In this document: one piece after another, positions 54,549 through 64,000 of the stretch | Layout: every line of letters begins with the position of its first letter | How positions within the stretch are numbered: position 1 is the stretch's first letter | Assembly: GCA_904063045.1 (NCBI GenBank) | Contig: CAJFCJ010000011.1 | Span: 1,054,001 to 1,118,000 of the forward strand | DNA from: Dimorphilus gyrociliatus | Taxonomy: Eukaryota > Animalia > Annelida | DNA: 64,000 nucleotides | Reading direction: 5' to 3' | Notes under the pieces: model-generated | What the model was told of the DNA's origin: nothing | Seen by the model: only the letters and a program-made list of their open reading frames with translations | Databases searched by the model: none | Position numbers and translations under genes: made by a program

Positions 54549-56049
54549 TTATTTCTCATATAATTTTACAAATTTCAACGAAAAGTAAACTAAAAATATT
54601 GAATAAATATAAATAGTCCTATACAATTTTCGGCACCTAATATCTTTTGATGGAATGCACAAGTGACCTGTATTAGAATTAACAGACACAAGGCAATTTT
54701 TTTTTGAATTTTAATAAACAATTACATTTTTGACATATACCGATAGTAGTAACAATCAAAAGCCAAGAAGATGTTGAATACACAAGAGCTTGCCATGATA
54801 CCGTACCGTACTGACTTACACTGAAATCTTCATTTAGAAGAGTACTCTGTAACAGCATAAATGAATAAAAAGATTATCATAATTTTCTTATCTATTAGCT
54901 TAAAAAACTTATGTTGTATTTACTTCAATATAGGCTACGGTTATATTTCTAATGGCGGAAGAGAATTTTCTTCTTCTACGAGCAATATTCCGTAAGAAAC
55001 ATCTGTCGAGCTTCTTCGTCACTTTAATGCCGTATATTTGTCTATGAGGAAAGCTCTCTACAATTCGAATGGAACTTTTTTCATTGAGATTTCTTTCAAG
55101 AGCGTGAACAGCTGGATAATGGCCGACTAGAGCGTAATTAGTTTCTTCCTTTTCAACACTCTCAAAAATTTCTTTCAAAGTGTTAAATTCTATTTTAAAA
55201 ATGTCGTAATTACGTTCTAATATATTATTTTGAAAATTTTAATCAACTTTACTTACCTCTTGGTCGACCTCCTTTCGCTAAAGTTATACCCACGTCTGAA
55301 GACCCAGTCATAACAGCTACTGTCTTATATAGTATATCATGAGTATACCGAATGCCTTCTAAATTTAGTTCTAATGTTATATTGGCAGTGAACACTGATA
55401 CCAATATTAGACTAATTAATATCCATATGACAGCGAAAAGTTTACCGACAATGCCTTTTGGATACTTGTCGCCAAAACCAACAGTACTCATTGCTACAAA
55501 AGCCCACCAAAATCCTTCAAAAACTCCTCTGAAAGTATCAAGGGGAAAAAATTCTGAATTTTTTTTTCTCTCCTAAAAAGGAGATATAAATGCTGTAATG
55601 CAGGAAATCAAATACTGTATACTTACTAAAATCCACATGAACAAGCCGGCCCATGTAGTTGCCGACATTAAAAGTATCAAAAATTTCCAATAAGACATAA
55701 CCAAACCTATATTTGTGTTAAAAAATCTCCATTTTTCTTTAAAAATCAAAAATGAACCAAAAGACTCGGTAACTGGCAAAAATCTTCCTACAGATGGAGG
55801 AAAGTATACCTCAGACAAAGCTGAATCAGGAATGGACGGATAAGGCAAAAGAATGGTTTCTTTATGCTCTGAAAACTCTAAATCATCAACAGTCATATAT
55901 TTAGAAGTATAGACAATGCTCTCGTTGTTCCAGCATATTTCAGCAACCTCATTTATGAGCTCTATGAAGTAACCTTGTATTTCACCTTTATCTGATAAGT
56001 ACGCTAGAGGTGGAAATTCATGCCAACCAACAGTTATTGAGCTACTCAT
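54549..56049 (-). CDS. GluR0/AvGluR1-like ligand-gated channel with K+ filter (TVGFGD), paralogue 1
   Basis: First in-frame ATG at 56049 (MSSSITVGW). Exons S1+M1 (to ~55628), pore/M3 ~55573-55258 (FWWAFVAMSTVGFGDKYPK, SVFTANITLEL), S2 ~55190-54921, and M4 from ~54846. The N- and C-termini are uncertain. Confidence 0.85.
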
Positions 56050-56490
56050 CCTAAAGCTAAATCCTCCCAACTGAGTAAGTATGTGATTACTGTCTTTTTT
56101 TATCTCATTAAATATTCGACACTCTTGAACATGAATAATAAAATAATGCTCGCGTGCTCGTTTACTCGTATGCACAGCTTTTAAAAATTAAAATTATACA
56201 ATTACTATGCCTCCCTAAAAAATTCACTCAGTGCATACTTAAACAATAACATGAACTTGACATGTGTTTTACGTTTTTAAACAGAATGCTATTGTTAATA
56301 TTTTCATTTCAGGGGTCAAGGTTAGTAAGGACTTAGCAATTGGAGAATATTTTCCCTTCCGGTTACGTAATAATATAATTCTTAAGATAATCAATTTATG
56401 AATTATTCATTAAAATGTATAAATTTATTAGGTTTATAATACGAACTTGTTCATTGTTGTGCAATATAATCATTTATTTTTTTCAATCTC

Positions 56491-59400
56491 CTAGTCTTTA
56501 TCTTTTTTATCGTCTTTTTCTTCTGTGTCATACTCTTCTTTTGATTCAATGTCCTCATCACTTTTAATTTGCCTCTCTTCTTCGGCACTTAAAAAGTCTA
56601 CGTCACTATCAGATTGAATGTTATCTGTTGAATATTGCTCCAAAGGGGGCATACTTGATTCTCGTTCAGTGTGTACATCATCACCTCTATTTCCGTCTTC
56701 GTCTTCATCTTCATCTTCATCTTTGTCTTCATCTTCATCTCCGTCTTTATCAGAATTTTTAGGTGAGGGAGCCTTATATCCTATTGTTTCTTGAACAACA
56801 TCTAATTCAGATTGTAAACTCTCGGCTGTATCAGATAGGTCACCATCTTCATAATGTAACATCTTATAAAATAAGGATGACTCATTTCTGGATAAATTCG
56901 CAGGGTCTCCTTGTTCCATGACCCTACCATCTTCTAAAACAACAACTATGTCAGCATCGAGGGCCATGTGTAATCTCCTTGTAAGTACAATTATAGTAGA
57001 ATATATTAATTGGGACCTTAAAACTCTTTGGATGATGAAATTGGATTCTTCATCAATATTTGCAGTGGCTTCATCAAGTATTAATATCTTTTTTTGTCTT
57101 AGAATTGCTCGAGCGAGACAAAATCTTTGTTTTTCTCCAAGTGACCATTTTCTTTCTATTTCAGATGTTAACTCTGTTTCCATCTCTTTATTGTAAGTTT
57201 TAATAATTTCTTCCATTCGAACTCTATTTAAAACATGCCAGAGAGCTTCATCTTCGTAAATGTCAAAAGGGTCCAAGTTCTTTCTAATAGAAGAACTGAA
57301 CAAGAAAGGACTCCGTGTAAGGGCCGAATAATGAGATCTTGCAAGCTCCAATGGTATATTACTAATATCAACACCATCAATAATAATATTCCCATCCGGC
57401 TCTGTTAATCTAAAAAATGCACTAACCAAAGATGATTTACCAGCATCCTTTTTCCCGACAATGCTAATTTTCTGATGCTTTTTACGGATTTGTAAGAAAA
57501 TATTTATAAGTGAAGGATCCGAGAATTCATCGTATCTGTAGAAACATATAAAGCTTATCTATAAATAGCCTAAAAGGTTCACCATTGTTACCTTAACATA
57601 ACTTGTTGTAGTGCAATATGAGGTAGTTGACCTCCGGTCTTAAGCGAATAAGCAGGTCTGTAGGTATATTTTTCTTCAATATCCAAATGAGTTAGAGTTA
57701 ATAATCGTCTGACAGATATCATTTTTCTTCTTAATTCAAGGCATGCTCGACAAAAGTTTGTTAAATAATCTAAATTAACAGAATTGTGAACCAGGAACAA
57801 GCCAACAAGAATTAAATTCAGATCATTGGCTTTGATTATACATATTAAAATAGCAATAGCAAAACACGTTGTGAAAATAATTTGTAGTCGTATTATTAAC
57901 CACTGATATGCGCTTAAACAGTAAAACTTTACAGTTGTATAGTCGTTTAGGGTAGAATAAAGTTTCTCAAGTAAAACTTTACTCATTTTATATGCTCTTA
58001 AATTCTCATGTCCCGTAAATACGTCATGTAAACAACCAAATAATCGACATAGATTGTTAATTTCTAATTTTTCAAAATCTCTAATAGACGGTATTGGTAT
58101 TCGAATAACGAGAAAAAACCATATAATTATAACAGCAAACGGGATAAGCGTCCAAGGCATGGCTATAAACATTATTATAAGGCTACCAAAGCCATAAGCC
58201 CCATAAGTTATTATTTGATAGGCAATATCATAAATTTCATTATCAATTACTATGGTATCCTTAAAAAATTTCGATAGGATGCCTTCCAAGCTATTCACTT
58301 TAAAAAATTTTAATGGAGCCTCCAAAATATTAGCCACCGCTTGGGAATAAAGTTCATGTGATGCTTTTGGTACAAAGACATTAATAAGAAGATGTAGAAT
58401 CAAGTTTAAAAACCACATTATTCCAAGTAAGATACCAATTAAATGTAGATTTTTCTTATTTATACCATATGTATAATATTTCGTAATTAGATAATCAATA
58501 CCTAAATTTAACCCAACGCAACTTACTAAAGCTATCAAAATAATGAAGAAGAGCCGAACAGCTCCACCCCTTTTAGTGTAGTCGGATAGCGTATTTAGCA
58601 GACTTGTTTCTTCATCAATAATCTCCTCGTATAAGTATGTTGTATTGTCTTGAACAATTTGATCTTCTTCAACAAGAATATCTTTAAATATATTATTCAG
58701 CATTTTCTCTGCAATTTCATTCTTTTCACCTTCATGAACAATTCTACCTTTATTCATAATAATCAAACTATCGACTTTAGACAAAATCTGATGATTTTGA
58801 GTAACGATAACTGCTGTTTTAAACTTTAGGAACTTCTTTATTCCTCTATAAACAGAAAGTCTTTCGTGTTCTGGTAACGTTTGAAAGGGTTCGTCCAATA
58901 AAAAGATGTCAGCGTTCTGATAAAGAGCTCTGGATAAGGAGATTTTTGACTTGTCCGTATCCTTAATTCGAAATCCTCTATTACCAATAATCGTCTGAAT
59001 GCCTGATGGATAATTTACGCATTCCTCTTCCAAATGACATATTTTGATTATCTTCCAAAATCTTTCATAGTCGAATAAGTTTGGGCCTATAATGTTTTCT
59101 CTAACTGTACCATTAAATATCCATGGAGTTTGGGGCAGATAGCTTATTTTGCCTCTTACTATCAGCTCTTCAGCTGATACTGGAATTTCTCCTATTATCG
59201 CTCTTAATAGAGTAGACTATAGTAAATTAAATTTATTACAAAAAATACTTTTGCATAAGTTATTTATGGTGCATATTTAGATAATTACCTTTCCTGAATT
59301 ACAATGGCCAGTGATATAAGCAATTTGTCTTTGTTTAACGTATAAGTTTACATTGAAGATACTACTGCCAACAAAATCATACTCTTCTACGGTAGGAGGA

Positions 59401-61098
59401 CAATCTCCATCCTCTTCAGTAAGTTTACCATGAGAAAATTTTGTTGTATTTAACTCTTCAATAAAGATAGCGAAACGTCGCTTTTTTACAACATCGGTTT
59501 GCGAAGACCTTTCTTCACGTTGAAGATCTTTAGAATTCATTATGTCCTGAAATCCTTTGATACTATTTAAGCAAGATTGAACTTTACTTATTCCCCAAAC
59601 ACCATTAACAAAGATATTCCATTCGATAATATGTAATAATATCATTGTTTTAAATAAAACAGCAAGGTGGAGGTCAGACGTTTGTAGTTTATCATAAATA
59701 CATATTAGTAAAATCAGCAGTATGAGTATTTTGCTTATTGTATCCCTAAAACTAAGATAGAAAATCCTTATTGCTGAAACAATACTCTTATACTTTAATT
59801 CAAATGTTCTCTTTTCTTTAATAATCATCTTAAAAGCTTTTTCCCAGACGTACATTTTAATTACACTTATTCCACATATTATTTGTTTCATTAGTATATT
59901 CCTATCAATAATCAAACTTTTACACTTTTCTCTTGATTTTCCTGTAATAGAATTTGAGAAGAGCATTGAATATATTATTTACAATCAACTACTACCTTCT
60001 AAATAGCTGCTTACAAGAAAAGTTGATTTTATTATTAGGTATATAACCAGGAAATAGTATACATAACTCCCAAAATCAGCTGCTATTATAAAAATAATGA
60101 TAATATTGGCAATGGTTGCTAAGAAGACGTTAAATAATGAAATTATTTCTGTGTAAAGAGTATCGGCTTCGGTATGAAGGAGAAAGATTAAATTGTCTAC
60201 ACATTTCGACTTTAATTCTTTATGAGAAGGCGCAAATATGTTCTGGAATATTGTTTTTTTGTTAAAAGTAACTTAGCGTCTCTTTTAATATTCAAAAATT
60301 GTATCACATACCTTTCTGGCAATATTGAGAGTAATTGTCGAAGAGATTCTTGTAACAACAAGTCGATTTTCGTGTTCAATAGTTGATTTTAAAAAGTTAT
60401 GAATAATAAGAACAAGGAATAATTCCAACGTCAATAAAAGTCCCCACCAAATAGAGTTATAGCTCCCATTTTTTTCCAAAAAATTTATTAATGACTCAAT
60501 AATGTACGCAATGGATACCTTAGATATTTGCTAATTAAGTTAGTTATAAAATTAATATGTATTTTCTCCCAGTATAAATCAATTAGATGTTATGTACTCA
60601 CAGTAATTACAGACAGGATTCCTATTATTAATAAGCTCCTTGGGAACATATGAAAAAGCATCTTCATTAAAAAGATATAAACACTTTTGTCTATTCCTAG
60701 TTTTTCATATTTTCTGTGGGAATAGAAAAGATATACTTGAAAAATTTCTATTATAAATTGATCTCTTATAGCTTTTTATCAGTAAAAAAGAATTTCCCAT
60801 TAACAGCTTACTCTCTAAAACAGGAATCTAAACATTGTGAAGAATATTCTGGAGGCAGAGGTCCTAAATCTTCTTTCTCAAATTTCTTTCTCCATCTCAT
60901 ACTAAAATAACCTTCAATCCACCTAGATAGACAGATACCGTGTGTATGTCTTTATAAGTCGCAATTACATATTTCGTTTACAATTAAAGATATATTTTGT
61001 ACTTACCATACTGTAATCTGCGAAAATATGTTTTTACTGACATAAACCGATTTCTTCTCCTCTTTATCGGCTAGTAATTCATTGTTTTCAACCGACAT
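56491..61098 (-). CDS. ABCC: ABCC-subfamily (MRP4/CFTR-type, no TMD0) full transporter with degenerate ATPase motifs and acidic tail
   Basis: The N-terminus NIFSQITVWWIEGYF resembles the ABCC lasso. Architecture is TMD1-NBD1-TMD2-NBD2. Walker A motifs are GHCNSGKS and GKKDAGKS; Walker B motifs are FLLDE and LILDEATANID; IRKNLDPF is present. About nine exons from ATG 61098. Confidence 0.88.
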
Positions 61099-61328
61099 GT
61101 CAAAGATTGTCGAAGTATATAAGTTTTTGACAGCAATGAAGGAGATTGTATCCGAAAACTATTTATAAAGTAACAAGAATATTTCAATGAATTCTTGTAC
61201 GAATTGGAAGTTTTCTATCTTCTTACCAGAGGTTTTGCCTTGGATATTTAGAAATGTAAATAGATGAACATATAAATATATCAACATAAATATAGAATGG
61301 CTATATCCATCGCCAAAATACGTATAAG

Positions 61329-61354
61329 TATATATATATATATATATATATATA
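61329..61354. repeat. (TA)n microsatellite
   Basis: Directly visible. Similar TA runs occur at ~15174-15202, ~25480-25800 (degenerate, in the calmodulin-like intron), ~32390-32405 and ~61400-61420. Confidence 0.9.
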
Positions 61355-62005
61355 AACCTATAAGTATCTATACTTATAATATATTATTGCTGTTATTTAC
61401 ATATATATATATATATATACTTTTTATCTCTCTTTCGACGATTGCTGATGATTTTAGTTGTTTCAATATTCTGTTTTATGATAGGTTATACTATAGTAAA
61501 GAAACCAGTTTAACATCTTCAATATGATTCTTTTGCATTTTTATTCTATACAACCCAGTATACAATTGAAAATATAAATAGTAAACTCTGTGAACAAAAG
61601 GCCTACAGTGACTATTTTTTACAAAATCATTCATATATATGAGAATTTTTTAGTGTAAGCAGAAAAACTTGTTTTGTCGCAAGAAAAGAACAAGAAATGA
61701 ATATTCTCTTGTTAAAAGTTATTGGTTGATTTAATGAATTCATTTTCTTTTGTCTTAGAATTGATTAAATTAATGTAGAAAGAGAATTATTTCATTTCTA
61801 TTAAGATTAAACAATTTCTCATAAATCAAGATTTGTAATCAGAAATTAAAATCACAAAAGGGTCAGGGTCAATTCTAATTAAAAATCAATACTACTCGGA
61901 AGTGTTTTTTTTTTGGAATAAGTGGATAATGGATGAATTGATGCAGGGAGAAAGAGTTATGTTGAAAATACTGTTTGAGATTCAATTTATTCTTCTCCTC
62001 TACGA

Positions 62006-62029
62006 CTCTCTCTCTCTCTCTCTCTCTCT
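62006..62029. repeat. (CT)12 microsatellite
   Basis: Directly visible dinucleotide run. Confidence 0.9.
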
Positions 62030-62898
62030 GTTCCGTCTTTTGTCTTTAGCCAAGTATCTCTCGCTACTTTCTCTCTTTTTTCTATACTCTCCTTTATTTA
62101 TAACTCTTCCCCTTTCTTTCCAACCAACTTTCATTTAATTTTGAAATGAACTAAAAAGGAGAAAAATGGAATTTTTCTTAATTAAACTTCTAAAATGCAA
62201 GACGAAACTGGTTAAGCGACGAGTGAGAAGAGAAACCTCCCACTGCTAATGTAATAAAACAAATAGGCCTAGTATTCGCTCTACTCGAAAATTATTCAAC
62301 TGCTATTTCTTGATTATATAAATTTTTCGCGTTCACCTTTTTCTAACCATCTGCTAATATATTAAACGACTAAAGCCTACTATTTACATATTTTCCATTA
62401 ACGTTTATAAACCAAAGAAAGCGAAGCTACGGTTAAAAAGAGAATTTGATAGGGGTTAAAGGGTCAGAGAGGATGAGAGCAGGGGAAGGAAAAATGGAGT
62501 TTTCATTGACGAAGTTTGTATTTCTACGTGATACGAAAGAAAAAATTACCATAGACTTGTATTTGAGAAGAAAGTATAATGTTATTTATTCGTTTTATAG
62601 TCAGAACTGTAGTTATAGTAATTTACATTGTGCTAATAATAAACAATAACAGTGAATTGCGTAAAGAAAACGCTAATTAATTGTCCATTTTAGTCAAAGC
62701 ATTAAATAAAAGAGAAACTAATAACAGCTCTTCTTTATTACCATCGAAAGACGAAATAGAAAAACGTCGTTTACAACTCGAGTTTATTGTTTAATGTACA
62801 GGCTGGGCGTCTATTATTCTCTAAATCTATCAGGTGGCGCTGTATTGAACTGAGAGAAAAACAGGATTTTCATTACAGCAGGCAAATATTCGAGAGAG

Positions 62899-64000
62899 AT
62901 GCTGGTGATATTTACTTACATTTTTTGTTTATATAATGCAGTTTTAGCTTTCGATGATCGTGTGGTAAGTAAAATAAAATGAAAATAATAGAAAACTATA
63001 AAAGTTAATAGTTTGCTTAAGAAATAAAAAGTAAAAACGAAAAAGACAGTATTGCAAAGCTTCTTATTATTAATTAATTAATAAAGAATACAAGAATTAT
63101 CCCACAGTTAAACGTAGCTTTATACTTTATTACCTATAATTCTGATAGGGACTTTTACGTAAGTATGAATAGAGAGTAATTTGAAAGGATTCAATGATGC
63201 TTGCATGACTGATAGCTTTTTTTATTTTTTTTTTCATTTCCTTGTCTCTCTCTCTATCTCGCTCTCTCTCTCTCTCTTTCTTTCTTTTTCTCTTTTTCTC
63301 TTTTTCGCTCTTTCTCTTTCCCTCCCGCTCACTATACTTTTATTTAACATCAATTTCTGTAATAAAAGAATGGTAAAAAGAAGATATATAAAGACAGATG
63401 TAAAGGAAAGAGAGAGAGAGAGGGAGAGTAAAGAGATAGAAAGACGCGGTTAAAGACAAATACAAGATAGATGTAGAAATTAAGTTTTTTTAAACAGGAC
63501 TCAATTAGTAAATAAAGTAAAAAAGAAACAAACTAAGATGGAGAAAATTCAATTAAACGTTTTTTTATATGTAAAATAATCAAATGAAATATTTACATCG
63601 CTAAATTTCAAAAGGAAAAGATTGACTACATTTTAGAATATTTGTTTAAGTTAAGCTAAAAATTGGATAGAATTTAACCTGGTCAAAAGTCTATTATATA
63701 TAATGCTACTTGGAATATCCCTAAAGAAATTAGTATGCTTTTAGCAGACCGTTTATTCGACGGATATTCGTTGCTAATGACTTTTACCTAGTTAATTATT
63801 AAAGAATATATAGGAAGGATTAATACGAATACATTGACGGTTGCCGACTGGGTATAATCTTTACATTTTCTTATGTTTCATTTCGCTCAGGTGGCTAAGA
63901 TGATCCCCTATTGTCGTGGCTCAAATTCAGTATGTAGAGGTTTATCAAAATTGCTCGATCTTTCTCAAGTTATCGTTGAACCTGGTTTTTGTAAATGTCC
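62899..64000 (+). CDS. 5' part of a secreted cysteine-containing protein gene, truncated by the window edge
   Basis: Signal-peptide exon 62899-62964 (MLVIFTYIFCLYNAVLAFDDRV|GTAAGT). A downstream exon starts at 63891 (VAKMIPYCRGSNSVCRGLSKLLDLSQVIVEPGFCKC) and is open to the edge. Intervening small exons are unresolved. Confidence 0.5.
63241..63445. repeat. Polypyrimidine (CT/CTTT) tract followed by a complementary polypurine (GA) tract
   Basis: 63241-63330 is almost purely C/T and 63404-63445 almost purely G/A. Together they form an imperfect inverted repeat in an intron. Confidence 0.75.

Noticed and set aside
50419-56049. GluR0-like genes as bacterial contamination or very recent HGT
   Set aside because: All three have canonical GT-AG introns at homologous positions, host-like AT content and a eukaryote-type M4. 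Ancient HGT cannot be excluded without a phylogeny.
56690-56750. TCTTCA tandem repeat as a mobile or array element
   Set aside because: It encodes the Asp/Glu-rich ABCC tail.
47911-61098. Trans-spliced operon interpretation of the five-gene block
   Set aside because: Short spacers alone are typical of this whole compact window, and nothing in the DNA demonstrates spliced-leader use.
1283-63453. F/L/I/Y/K-rich ORFs in introns and intergenic DNA (e.g. 1283-1525, 14201-14383, 17360-17545, 20045-20254, 22593-22841, 31530-31976, 32351-32776, 37577-37834, 45424-45669, 47483-47742, 61297-61527, 61902-62138, 63181-63453)
   Set aside because: Their composition simply mirrors AT-rich or microsatellite DNA, with no splice-consistent model or domain.
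1-64000. tRNA, rRNA, CRISPR arrays, transposase/RT ORFs or terminal inverted repeats
   Set aside because: None was recognised by eye. tRNAscan-SE, Infernal and RepeatModeler runs would be needed to exclude short or degenerate elements.

Overview
This is an AT-rich, gene-dense, intron-containing animal genomic window, with GT-AG introns mostly 60-100 bp and (TA)n/(CT)n microsatellites. The compact architecture suggests a small invertebrate genome, for example a miniaturised spiralian; that is inference, not identification. I reconstruct about 19 genes by hand-splicing. In order: a TRPC channel, a secreted 9xMAM protein, two tetraspanins, a DEG/ENaC channel, a hidden small secreted Cys-hairpin peptide precursor, a calmodulin-like EF-hand protein, a GRIP coiled-coil protein, an LRR surface protein, a GPI-type Cys-rich protein, an orphan gene, a kelch protein and an astacin. 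A tightly packed, co-oriented minus-strand block at 47.9-61.1 kb follows, and a secreted-protein gene runs off the right edge. The block is the standout. It contains an ABCC transporter whose catalytic motifs are degenerate, then three tandem intron-containing paralogues of a GluR0/AvGluR1-like ligand-gated channel, then a STRA6-like receptor. The channels have iGluR S1-M1-P-M3-S2-M4 topology, a SYTANLA-like gate and an intact K+ selectivity filter (TVGYGD/TVGFGD). The STRA6-like gene may be fused to the last channel. No tRNA, rRNA, CRISPR array or transposase was recognised. All gene models are manual and lack transcript support.
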